Assembly: GCA_020438105.1 (NCBI GenBank)
Contig: JAGQVE010000003.1
Location: 43,123-107,122, forward strand
Length of the DNA stretch: 64,000 nucleotides
From: Bacteroidales bacterium
GTDB taxonomy: Bacteria > Bacteroidota > Bacteroidia > Bacteroidales > JAADJA01
Reading direction: 5' to 3'
Positions 48,256-57,726 of the stretch are shown here, piece by piece. The translations under genes and the position numbers were made by a program. Each line of letters opens with the position of its first letter. Position 1 is the first letter of the stretch. The notes beneath the pieces were generated by a model. That model did no database searches. It worked only from the letters and a program-made list of their open reading frames with translations, and had not been told where the DNA came from.

Positions 48256-48954
48256 TTATAAAATTTTCATGAATTCTTTTTCAAGAAGTTTAGCACTTTT
48301 TACAGTATTTTTTGTCCACGATAATAAAATATCTGTTTTTTCACGGGAAGTAAGTTGCCAGTTGTAATTTGATATTCGCAGCTTTTCGGTGAGATGATGC
48401 AGAATGATTGCCGCCGAAACAGAAATATTGAAGCTTTCGGTAAATCCATACATTGGAATTTTTACCCATGCATCTGCATTTTCAATGGCCCAGTCACTCA
48501 AACCACGCAACTCCGTTCCAAAAACAAGCGCTGTTTTTTGATCCAGGGGAAGCTCATCAAGCAAAATATCATTTTTATGGGGAGTAGTTGCCACAATTTT
48601 GTATCCCTGGTTTCTGAGGGTTTCATATGCAAGGGGTGTATTGTCATTTGCCGAATTGTATTTAACAAGGTTTATCCATTTTGATGATCCCAAAGCAACA
48701 TCAGGGTTAACCTCATATTTGTTTTGATTTTCGATAATATGTACGTCCTGAACCCCGAAACAATCACAGGTGCGCAGCACAGCACTTGCATTATGTGGCT
48801 GGAAAATATCCTCCAGAACAACTGTTAAATATTTGGTTCGATATGTAATTATTTCCTCAAAAAGTTGCTGTTTATGATCACTCACAAACCCCATCAAGTG
48901 GGTAAGCAGTTTTTCCTTTTGCTCCGGTGATAGCTCTTTCGATATTGAGTTCAT
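48256..48954 (-). CDS. trmH: SpoU/TrmH family RNA 2'-O-methyltransferase
   Basis: 232 aa: VVLEDIFQPHNASAVLRTCDCFGVQDVHII...ALVFGTELRGLS...IPMYGFTESFNISVSAAIILH. Confidence 0.75.
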   Translation of the reverse strand: MNSISKELSPEQKEKLLTHLMGFVSDHKQQLFEEIITYRTKYLTVVLEDIFQPHNASAVLRTCDCFGVQDVHIIENQNKYEVNPDVALGSSKWINLVKYNSANDNTPLAYETLRNQGYKIVATTPHKNDILLDELPLDQKTALVFGTELRGLSDWAIENADAWVKIPMYGFTESFNISVSAAIILHHLTEKLRISNYNWQLTSREKTDILLSWTKNTVKSAKLLEKEFMKIL

Positions 48955-49014
48955 AAGGAATTTAATTTCCGCTAAGGAAACAAATATACATATATCTGAT
49001 GTGGGTAAAAAGAA

Positions 49015-49052
49015 GAACCCGGATCATTTTATTGACCCGGGTTTTACAAAGC
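49015..49052 (-). terminator. Candidate rho-independent terminator of the TonB-dependent receptor gene
   Basis: Stem aacccgg/ccgggtt with a 14-nt loop. A U-rich tract follows on the minus strand. Confidence 0.45.
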
Positions 49053-49065
49053 AAAATCGAAACGA

Positions 49066-51138
49066 TCAAAACATCAGTTTTACACCCAGATTAAAACTTC
49101 GGCCCGGTTCGAAATATAAACTTTGTGAGTCCATATTTTTATATGGCCGGCTGAGATGTTCAGCATAATTTTCATTAAGGATGTTTGTTACGGATATTTT
49201 AATCTCCAAAATTTTTATGGGCTGATAAGAGAATAATACGTCGAAAACGGAAAATCCGGGGGTTGTCGTTTCCGAAAAACTGGCAGCAACACGGTTTTGC
49301 TCAGCTGCTATCCTGCTTTTGATCCCCGTATTTATTTTTTCAGTTTTGTAAAACAGTGAGGCATTAACCATCAATGGTGGAACTTCAGGCAAGGGTTCAT
49401 CCATGGTTACATTTTGAGCATATGTGTAACCTGCATTCAGATCCAGTTCAAGCTTTTTCAATAGTTCAACCATAATTCCCGCCTCAAATCCGGTCATGAA
49501 TGATTCCTCCACATTGGTGAATCTTTTGGCAAACTTTGGCTCCATGCAGGGCATATATTTCCTGGGCAGAGTGGAATCCACGTAGGCCGAAATGTAATTT
49601 TCGATGTAGGCATAAAACACATTCACATAACCTGAAAAATGCTTAAAGTCCTTTCCAACCCGAAGGTCGGTTTGATAGTTCACTTCAGGTTTCAGGTTGG
49701 GATTACCAACATATTCATGCGCATCCATTCCAACTGTAAAGTGATTGATGAAACGCTCTGTTATTTCAGCCGACCTAACGCCTCTTCCTATTGCCCACTG
49801 TAATTCAGGCCCGTTTCCTTTCTTCCAGGTAAGGGCAGTTGTGGCGCCAAGATTTAAATCGGTTTTATCTTCAATTTTACCCCCATAAAGTTCCAGGAAA
49901 TCAGCAGCCGGATTCCGTATTGAAGCGGTTACTATATCCAGTCTTAATCCCGTCATCCACACAAGGTATTCATTGATTCGCAACCTGTTTTCCGCAAACA
50001 CACCCATATCATCCACTTTTGAATCCTGAAAAACGAGGTCGTCAAATTCTTTTGGCGTTTCAAATACTGTGGGTGGCACAGTACAAACATTTTTGTATAC
50101 GATGCGATGCCTGGTCCCATCCTTTGCAGTGCTGTTTGCATCAATCCCAATAAATAAAACATCATTGGTTCCACCCTTCAGCGATAGCTCGGCACGGCCG
50201 CCAATCACGGTCGCATCGGTATTTGAAACCGAATTCACCACGTTCACATTTGGCCTTCGTTTATTGCTCATTTCATGATCCACGAAAGAACCATACAATT
50301 TAGCTTTAAAATTGAGCAAAGAAGGGGAGAGGCTTGTAATCGCATAATCGAGTGAAATCATGCTGCTATTGTCAACATCGGCATCCATAGGAAGGCCTGC
50401 ATGCAGGATGTCGCGCCCAAAACCCTGCCTCCAGGAGAGCTGAAGGCGCTGGTTGTGTTTTGGATTGTACCCCAGTTTTAAGGAATACCCCACACGTTTA
50501 AATGCAGATGCAATTTCCTGTCCGGAGCCACTTTCATAGTTTCCGAAATCTTTCCAGCTGGCATTAAAGCTGGCATCATATTTTTCATGTAACGTTTGAA
50601 GATGAAGATTGGAAAAAAGATTTGAACCATTGGACTCGTAACCGCCTTCCAAAGATCCTTTAAACTTTAATCCGCCTGAATGTTCAGGGCGCCTTGATAT
50701 GATATTCAAAATGCCACCCATGGTAGCACCATATCTTACACTGTAGGGTCCCCGAATTACTTCTACTTTTTCAATTTCATCCGGACTGATTTGCGAAATG
50801 GCCGGATCCATCCTGTTGGGGCAGGCTGCTGCAGATTTGGTCCCTCCATCGAGCATTATATTCAGTTGCTCATACTTAAAGCCGCGAAGGACCGGCTCCT
50901 GCGCATAATTTCCCCGCTTCACAATTCCGAATCCGGCCTGGTCTTTAAATATTTCGCCGGCATCGCGTGGTGTTCCAAGCTGAATGGAACTCGCAGATAT
51001 ATTGGATTGCAGAATGTCATTCGATCGCTCAGCCTGTACCAGAATTTCTTCAATATATACCGTGGTATCCTGTTGACCAAATACGCCAAATGACAACAGC
51101 AGCAGCAAACTTGCAAGTTGTAGTAATTTATATTTCAT
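49066..51138 (-). CDS. TonB-dependent outer-membrane receptor
   Basis: 690 aa with a signal peptide, a plug domain (VEVIRGPYSVRYGATMGGILNI), a beta-barrel, and a terminal aromatic (GVKLMF). Confidence 0.88.
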   Translation of the reverse strand: MKYKLLQLASLLLLLSFGVFGQQDTTVYIEEILVQAERSNDILQSNISASSIQLGTPRDAGEIFKDQAGFGIVKRGNYAQEPVLRGFKYEQLNIMLDGGTKSAAACPNRMDPAISQISPDEIEKVEVIRGPYSVRYGATMGGILNIISRRPEHSGGLKFKGSLEGGYESNGSNLFSNLHLQTLHEKYDASFNASWKDFGNYESGSGQEIASAFKRVGYSLKLGYNPKHNQRLQLSWRQGFGRDILHAGLPMDADVDNSSMISLDYAITSLSPSLLNFKAKLYGSFVDHEMSNKRRPNVNVVNSVSNTDATVIGGRAELSLKGGTNDVLFIGIDANSTAKDGTRHRIVYKNVCTVPPTVFETPKEFDDLVFQDSKVDDMGVFAENRLRINEYLVWMTGLRLDIVTASIRNPAADFLELYGGKIEDKTDLNLGATTALTWKKGNGPELQWAIGRGVRSAEITERFINHFTVGMDAHEYVGNPNLKPEVNYQTDLRVGKDFKHFSGYVNVFYAYIENYISAYVDSTLPRKYMPCMEPKFAKRFTNVEESFMTGFEAGIMVELLKKLELDLNAGYTYAQNVTMDEPLPEVPPLMVNASLFYKTEKINTGIKSRIAAEQNRVAASFSETTTPGFSVFDVLFSYQPIKILEIKISVTNILNENYAEHLSRPYKNMDSQSLYFEPGRSFNLGVKLMF

Positions 51139-51308
51139 TAAAATTTAAGTTAGCATTAATTGAATTCAATCAAATGAACAAAGCTTTTCAATCAAAGCTT
51201 ATCATTGTTGAATTGTTTGAATTAACTTTTATGAATGATTTGATAACCGGAAGAAAATTGAAATGCGCTCCGGTGATTCTTGATCCATTTTAAATCTGAA
51301 TTGATATG

Positions 51309-51701
51309 TCAGGTTATAAAGCGCGGAGGGTGAAAAATAGAAGGGTAAAACAAAAATTGATACTCAAAAATGTATGGGTTAATAGCTGCTGTAATTTGAG
51401 CCGGTTTACAATTACTTCTCTGTATCGGCTCAAATGGGAATATGGTAATTTCTTTTACTTTGGATTCAGGGTAGGGGATATCGCTGCTTTTTTCAGGTTC
51501 AGCTTCTTTCAGTTTTTTCTCCAGTTGGCAGCATCCCTGGCAAGTGTTTTTTTCGCTGTTTCGCTCAACACACAGATTTTTTACAATATATTCACGCTGC
51601 AAAAGGAAGGAATAATAAACGATTGCCTGGTTGAGTATATTTAAAAGTAGACTCAACGACAATATTAAAGTTAGTATGTTCCTCAGTGTTTTTGTAAGCA
51701 T
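51309..51701 (-). CDS. Small membrane protein with a Cys motif (C-x10-C-x-G-C-C), upstream of the TonB-dependent receptor
   Basis: 130 aa with an N-terminal TM. The motif is NLCVERNSEKNTCQGCCQLEKKLKE. It resembles an uncharacterised Bacteroidota family that I recall seeing next to TBDRs. Confidence 0.5.
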   Translation of the reverse strand: MLTKTLRNILTLILSLSLLLNILNQAIVYYSFLLQREYIVKNLCVERNSEKNTCQGCCQLEKKLKEAEPEKSSDIPYPESKVKEITIFPFEPIQRSNCKPAQITAAINPYIFEYQFLFYPSIFHPPRFIT

Positions 51702-51829
51702 GCCGCAATTGCAAAAATAAATAATTAAAACATTTCTTGGCCGGGTAATTTAAACACATAACTTTGTCGCAAGATTTTGCAGTTTTGGCAAAAGAGTTTT
51801 TTGTTTAACAACTTTAAATGGTAATAATT

Positions 51830-53164
51830 ATGAAGAAAAATGTAATTATTATCGGTGCTGCAGGAAGGGATTTTCACAATTTTAATACCTATTATCGTGG
51901 AAATTCTCAATACAATGTAGTGGCTTTTACAGCTGCCCAAATTCCTGATATCGACGGAAGGAAATACCCAGCCGTACTGGCAGGGGAACAATACCCGGAC
52001 GGTATCCCGATCTATGCAGAGGAAGATCTACCAAAGCTTATCAAAGAATTAAAGGTTGATGATTGCGTGTTTTCGTACAGCGATGTTACATACAGCCATG
52101 TTATGAAACTGAGCGCAATTGTGAATGCCAACGGAGCAAATTTTGTTCTGTTGGGGCCAAATGATACCATGGTGAAAAGCACCAAACCGGTAATTGCTGT
52201 GGGAGCAGTCAGGACCGGTGTGGGTAAAAGCCAGACTTCAAGAAAAGTCATTGAATACCTGATGGCCAAAGGTCTTAAAGTTGTCGCTGTCAGGCACCCG
52301 ATGCCATATGGTGATCTGGCTGCTCAAAAAGTTCAGCGGTTTGCAACCGTTGAGGATTTGCATAAACACAAATGTACCATCGAAGAGATGGAAGAGTATG
52401 AGCCACATGTGGTTCGTGGAAATGTGATTTATGCCGGCGTTGATTATGAAGCCATTTTAAGGGCTGCAGAACAGGATCCGGATGGTTGTGATGTGGTATT
52501 ATGGGATGGTGGTAACAACGACTTTCCGTTTTACAAACCGGATTTGAATATTACGCTTGTTGATCCACACCGTCCTGGTGATGAGTTAAATTATTACCCC
52601 GGCGAAGTTACCCTGCGTATGGCTGATGTGGCTGTTATCAATAAAATGGACAGCGCTTCTCCCGAAGGAATACAAACCGTGCGGGAAAACATTGCCAAAG
52701 TTGCACCACAAGCAATTGTAGTTGATGGCGCTTCTCCCATCCGGGTTGATGATCCGTCAGTTATCAAAGGCAAACGTGTATTGGTTGTGGAAGATGGTCC
52801 AACACTTACCCACGGTAAAATGAAGATTGGTGCCGGAACAGTGGCTGCTCAAAAATTTGGCGCTGCCGAACTGGTTGATCCTCGTCCGTATACCGTTGGT
52901 AAACTTTCAGAAACGTTCAAAATATATCCTGAGATTGGCGTATTACTGCCAGCTATGGGATATAGCGATCAGCAACTGAAAGACCTCGAAACTACCATCA
53001 ATAATACCGAATGTGATGCCGTGGTGATCGGAACACCCATTGATCTGAACAGGATCGTAAAAATTAATAAGCCCAATACCAGGGTTTATTACGACCTGCA
53101 GGAGATAGGTTATCCGAACCTCGGGGAGATCATCGACGATTTTGTGAAAAAACATATCCGGTAG
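51830..53164 (+). CDS. Cyclic 2,3-diphosphoglycerate synthetase-like P-loop protein
   Basis: The N-terminus is MKKNVIIIGAAGRDFHNFN and the P-loop is AVRTGVGKSQTS. The family name is from memory. The track ORF starts at 51818. Confidence 0.5.
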   Translation: MKKNVIIIGAAGRDFHNFNTYYRGNSQYNVVAFTAAQIPDIDGRKYPAVLAGEQYPDGIPIYAEEDLPKLIKELKVDDCVFSYSDVTYSHVMKLSAIVNANGANFVLLGPNDTMVKSTKPVIAVGAVRTGVGKSQTSRKVIEYLMAKGLKVVAVRHPMPYGDLAAQKVQRFATVEDLHKHKCTIEEMEEYEPHVVRGNVIYAGVDYEAILRAAEQDPDGCDVVLWDGGNNDFPFYKPDLNITLVDPHRPGDELNYYPGEVTLRMADVAVINKMDSASPEGIQTVRENIAKVAPQAIVVDGASPIRVDDPSVIKGKRVLVVEDGPTLTHGKMKIGAGTVAAQKFGAAELVDPRPYTVGKLSETFKIYPEIGVLLPAMGYSDQQLKDLETTINNTECDAVVIGTPIDLNRIVKINKPNTRVYYDLQEIGYPNLGEIIDDFVKKHIR

Positions 53165-53195
53165 GCTATCGGATTTCACGAAATATATAATTAAG

Positions 53196-53219
53196 AGCGG
53201 CTGAGAGGCCGCTTTTTTT
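53196..53219 (+). terminator. Rho-independent terminator
   Basis: agcggc-tgagag-gccgct followed by ttttttt. Confidence 0.75.
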
Positions 53220-53469
53220 GTGCATCAGGTTTTCTTTCGGCAGGTATGCCACAGATTTCACAGATTACCACAGAATTTTAATTGATTTTTCACAAGATCG
53301 ACAAATTAAAACTAACCTTAACTCTTAACATCGGAGTGAAATTTTTAACTGGTAAGTTATTATTCGTTTTGTCATTTCATTTTATTAACATTTAATCAAC
53401 ATGGCTATTTTAACCTGAATTATACTATAATTTTACAAGCCGGTAATGAACAAATCCCACACTAAAAAT

Positions 53470-54393
53470 ATGAAGAACAAAAGCTTAATTTCCATTCACG
53501 ACATCACGCGCGAACAGTACGATGAGGTGCTTGACCTGGCTGAAAAATTCGAAAAAAATCCCAAGCAGGATGTGTTGAACAAATGGGTTGTTGCTACCCT
53601 CTTTTTCGAACCATCCACACGCACAAGATTGAGTTTTGAAAGCGCTGCCAATCAATTAGGGGCCAGGGTTATCGGATTTGCCGATGCTTCCACCTCCAGC
53701 GTTAAAAAAGGGGAAACGCTGAAAGATACAATTCTTACAGTTAGCAATTATTCCGATATTATTGTAATGCGTCACCCGAAAGAAGGGTCGGCCCGATATG
53801 CCAGCGAAGTATCGCCGGTGCCTGTGATCAATGCCGGCGACGGTGCCAACCAGCATCCCACGCAGTGCCTTCTGGATCTTTATTCGATCCGCAAAACACA
53901 AAAAAAACTGGATGGGATTAACATCGCTTTTGTAGGTGATTTGAAATATGGCCGAACAGTGCATTCACTGGTGCAGGCGCTTACGAATTATAAAACTACC
54001 TTTCATTTGATATCTCCGGAGGAATTAAAGCTTCCCAGTTCGGTTAAACAATACATCAAAGACGCAAATCTTGAGTATCATCAATACACCGAAATGGACG
54101 AGGTGATACCTAAAGTAGATATTTTGTATATGACACGAATTCAGCAGGAGCGTTTTGCTGATCCACTTGAATACGAAAGGGTGAAAGGTGCCTATATCCT
54201 GCGGGATAGCATGCTTGCCGAGGCTAAGAAAAACCTCCGGGTGCTGCATCCGCTGCCACGCGTAAACGAAATCACCGAAGATGTGGATGATAATCCCAAA
54301 GCTTATTATTTTCAGCAGGCTCAAAACGGAGTGTATGTGCGTCAGGCTTTGCTTACACTGATCCTCGGAGAAGAAAAGAAGGTAAAATCCTAA
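53470..54393 (+). CDS. pyrB: Aspartate carbamoyltransferase catalytic subunit
   Basis: [13 protein letters not shown] and HPLPR motifs. The start was taken at MKNKSLISI. The track ORF starts at 53446. Confidence 0.95.
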   Translation: MKNKSLISIHDITREQYDEVLDLAEKFEKNPKQDVLNKWVVATLFFEPSTRTRLSFESAANQLGARVIGFADASTSSVKKGETLKDTILTVSNYSDIIVMRHPKEGSARYASEVSPVPVINAGDGANQHPTQCLLDLYSIRKTQKKLDGINIAFVGDLKYGRTVHSLVQALTNYKTTFHLISPEELKLPSSVKQYIKDANLEYHQYTEMDEVIPKVDILYMTRIQQERFADPLEYERVKGAYILRDSMLAEAKKNLRVLHPLPRVNEITEDVDDNPKAYYFQQAQNGVYVRQALLTLILGEEKKVKS

Positions 54394-54405
54394 AATTGAA
54401 CGATC

Positions 54406-54876
54406 ATGGCTAAACAAGAAAAAAGAACAGAACTTAAAGTTACCGCCATTGAAAACGGAACGGTAATCGATCATATACCTCCCCAATCGGTTTTCCAGGT
54501 CATCAATATCCTGGGATTGAGCAGAGTGAAAAATCAAATCATGGTAGGCACCAACCTAGATAGCCAGAAGCTGGGTAAAAAAGGGATCATCAAGGTGAGT
54601 AAAAAATACTTTGAAAGCGAAGAGATCAATAAAATTGCCCTGGTTGCACCCTCAGCAACCTTAATTGTTATCAAAGATTTTACGGTGGTTTACAAAGCAA
54701 AAGTGGAGATTCCCCAACATATTACAAAAATTGTTAAGTGTATTAATCCGAACTGCATAACCAATCATGAAGATATCCCTACTAATTTTACGGTTATTGA
54801 AAGAGAGGACGGATTGAGGTTGCATTGTAATTATTGTGAGAAATATACGAAAAAGGAGAATATTCACTTTGTGTAA
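54406..54876 (+). CDS. pyrI: Aspartate carbamoyltransferase regulatory subunit
   Basis: 156 aa with a C-terminal Zn domain (CINPNC...CNYC), immediately after pyrB. Confidence 0.92.
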   Translation: MAKQEKRTELKVTAIENGTVIDHIPPQSVFQVINILGLSRVKNQIMVGTNLDSQKLGKKGIIKVSKKYFESEEINKIALVAPSATLIVIKDFTVVYKAKVEIPQHITKIVKCINPNCITNHEDIPTNFTVIEREDGLRLHCNYCEKYTKKENIHFV

Positions 54877-54886
54877 ACAGGTTTAA

Positions 54887-56203
54887 CTACTGAATATCCT
54901 TTGATTTAAGCTGTTCCTCCAATTTTAATTTGGCCATATACCTGGCATCAATAAATATCATTGAATCAACACCGAGATTATTCTTGATTGCTTTTTGCTT
55001 GACCATATTAAGCCAGTTTTCATCTGATTTTATTACAGTTATATAAGTGCTGGTTAGTGAATCAAGCGCTTGCTTGTAGTCAGGGCGTATTTCTAAATAA
55101 AAATCATCGATAAAACTATACCCGAAATTTTTAAGGCTCGGTGTTGTAGCCATGATGATTAACAAATCGGTTTTCCTTAATTCGCAGGGCACACAGATAT
55201 TTCCTACAGTGGTTCCTTCATTATAGTTTTCAGAAAATATTGAGCTGTAATAGTAGTAATAATCAATTGATCCATATGCATTCCCCAAAACTCCATCAAA
55301 TAGGAGCCAAAAGAAACTGTCGGAAATTACTATAAGATTGGGCCTTTCATTTTTCGGAATGGAGTCATCTCTGGTAAAATTAGGATAGGCTGCCGGATAG
55401 TCGCTTATGTTACCAAAAAGATTCAGTAAATCAGCGAGGTCGTTATCAGAATATTGAAAATCAAAGGAAAAATCGTAGTTATTGATATGTATTTGGTTCA
55501 TTGGTTTATTCAGTATGGCTGAGCTTTTCTTTATCAACGAATCAGCTACCCAGCGTGCTCCATAAACACTCCAGTGTATTCCGGTTTGTGTAAAAAGCGG
55601 TGCTTTTATTGTGTCCTTAATATCAATGAACCATTTGTTAACATCAAAAACCGGAATCTGGGCCTGATTAAGTTGATCTTTGAATTCATAATAATTGGTT
55701 TTATCAGCTGATTTGCGCGATTGGTCGGGCAAGTATTCAGGATAAAAATAGGGTTTGCCGGGTGCCAATACCACCAGCAGTTCGGTATTATACTGTTTCA
55801 GGTATTCACGTATATATTGAAGTTTATTTATTTGTGCTTGAATACTATCCGCTCCCAAATAATCTTCTCCATAATATTCTTTGAGGTAATCAGTACCGAA
55901 TAAATATTCATTTTTACCTATAATAATCCCATCGTTATGAATGGCATCAAATGCACTGTATTGGATCTGGTTATACAACCTGATAAAATCCGGCCTGAAT
56001 CCAAAATTAAAGTCAACATAGTTGTTAATATAACTCTGGAGGTTGCCATTAGCCCAGTTATTCCAGGTAACGGCTGGTTTTTCTTCTTCAAATACAACCC
56101 CTTTTAGTGGTTTAACATTAATCACCGGAAAAATAAACTGTAAAACCTGTATTAAAAATAAGATTGCCAGCAACCAGATCAATATTTTGGGAATACTTTT
56201 CAT
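54887..56203 (-). CDS. AlgX/AlgJ-like SGNH-type protein, partner of the MBOAT O-acyltransferase
   Basis: 438 aa with an N-terminal anchor and a TGIHWS motif (compare the DxHW motif of AlgJ/AlgX). It starts 3 nt after the MBOAT gene stop. The family call is tentative. Confidence 0.5.
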   Translation of the reverse strand: MKSIPKILIWLLAILFLIQVLQFIFPVINVKPLKGVVFEEEKPAVTWNNWANGNLQSYINNYVDFNFGFRPDFIRLYNQIQYSAFDAIHNDGIIIGKNEYLFGTDYLKEYYGEDYLGADSIQAQINKLQYIREYLKQYNTELLVVLAPGKPYFYPEYLPDQSRKSADKTNYYEFKDQLNQAQIPVFDVNKWFIDIKDTIKAPLFTQTGIHWSVYGARWVADSLIKKSSAILNKPMNQIHINNYDFSFDFQYSDNDLADLLNLFGNISDYPAAYPNFTRDDSIPKNERPNLIVISDSFFWLLFDGVLGNAYGSIDYYYYYSSIFSENYNEGTTVGNICVPCELRKTDLLIIMATTPSLKNFGYSFIDDFYLEIRPDYKQALDSLTSTYITVIKSDENWLNMVKQKAIKNNLGVDSMIFIDARYMAKLKLEEQLKSKDIQ

Positions 56204-56205
56204 GC

Positions 56206-57627
56206 TTAAAATCTGAAATAAATGAATGGGCTAAAACCTGAACCGGCAAGTGTAGCAATACATATAATAAAAATGCCCAATGCAAAGCTAAAATATATCA
56301 AGTGTTTTCGATTACTGAGATTTGTTTCGTAAATTATTTTTTCGAGTCTTAATCCCGACTTTGTTAATGTAATGATCGAAATAATAAAAGCGAGAATAAG
56401 AACCAAATAAAGTTCAGTATTATTAATTGTATTAAATCTGACAAAGTCAAAGGCAAATAACTTTTTATAATAAGTCATTGAATTCGTGAGGCCTTCAATT
56501 CTGAAGGGGACCCAGGCCAATACAGCAACCAGGAAAGTATAAAACCAGCCAAAAAATTTGCCTATTCGATCGATTAATTTGAGTAAAAACAGTCTTTCGA
56601 TTATCAGGAAAAAACCATGAATAAGACCCCAAAGTAAAAAGTTCCACGAAGCGCCGTGCCAAAATCCGGAAACGATAAATACAAGCATCAGGTTGAAATA
56701 GAGCCTGAATTTTGTATTTACACGATTACCACCCAGCGGGTAATAAAGATAGAGCCTCATAAAAGTGGTGAAAGTCATGTGCCACCTGCGCCAAAACTCA
56801 GTTATACTTTTAGCCGTGTAAGGATTATTAAAGTTTTCAGGAAACCTGAATCCAACCATACGACCAATACCAATGGCCATATCACTATATCCTGAAAAGT
56901 CGAAATAAATTTGGAAAGTATATGCTAATATACCTATCCAGGCAGTTGTTGAATCGAGTGTTGCAAAATCGAGTTCCATTACCCGATTTACTTCAGCACC
57001 CAAAACATCAGCTATAAGTACTTTTTTAGCCAGTCCTATAATAAACCGGTAAAATCCAGTTAACCTGTCATTATTTGTTTCATTACGTTCCGATAGTTGA
57101 TCAGCAATTGTTTCAAACCGCACAATGGGGCCAGCGATAAGCTGGGGAAACATAATGATATACAACAGATAATCGAGCGGGCTTTTCAGAGGTGTATGAA
57201 TTCTCCGGTAAACATCAATCGTGTAAGTTAATGATTGGAATGTGAAAAAAGAAATACCAATTGGAAGCACAACCCTTGTCCATTGAATATGGTTCCAGCC
57301 AATCAGGCCAAATACCTCATTAATATTCTCAACAAAAAAATTAGAATATTTAAAATAAATGAGAAGCCCAAGATTTATTGTAACTGATAGCCCTGCAAGT
57401 AGCCGCCTTTCCTGCCTTTTTGATCGGTGATAAATAAGTTTGACAATATAAAAATTTACAAGGGTGGAAAATGTTAAAATAAATACAAAAACTGGTGCAC
57501 CCCAGGCATAAAAAAGTAAACTAAACAGTAAAAATGTAAAGTTTTTCAATTTTATGGGAGACAGATTATAAATGAGAAGAAAAACCGGAAGAAAAAAAAG
57601 TGTAAATATGATACTGCTAAAAACCAT
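56206..57627 (-). CDS. MBOAT family O-acyltransferase (AlgI/DltB-like)
   Basis: 473 aa, polytopic, with the conserved FWRRWHMTF His motif. Confidence 0.88.
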   Translation of the reverse strand: MVFSSIIFTLFFLPVFLLIYNLSPIKLKNFTFLLFSLLFYAWGAPVFVFILTFSTLVNFYIVKLIYHRSKRQERRLLAGLSVTINLGLLIYFKYSNFFVENINEVFGLIGWNHIQWTRVVLPIGISFFTFQSLTYTIDVYRRIHTPLKSPLDYLLYIIMFPQLIAGPIVRFETIADQLSERNETNNDRLTGFYRFIIGLAKKVLIADVLGAEVNRVMELDFATLDSTTAWIGILAYTFQIYFDFSGYSDMAIGIGRMVGFRFPENFNNPYTAKSITEFWRRWHMTFTTFMRLYLYYPLGGNRVNTKFRLYFNLMLVFIVSGFWHGASWNFLLWGLIHGFFLIIERLFLLKLIDRIGKFFGWFYTFLVAVLAWVPFRIEGLTNSMTYYKKLFAFDFVRFNTINNTELYLVLILAFIISIITLTKSGLRLEKIIYETNLSNRKHLIYFSFALGIFIICIATLAGSGFSPFIYFRF

Positions 57628-57726
57628 CTGTCAGGATTAAGGTCAGCAAAAGTAAATAAACGGATTGAAAAAGCGATTAAATTACTGTTGCCAACTTAAG
57701 GCAGATGCAGAAATCTTAAGTGTCAT

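Noticed and set aside
54025-54537. 170-aa minus-strand ORF
   Set aside because: It is antisense to the pyrB/pyrI junction, and both of those genes carry diagnostic motifs.
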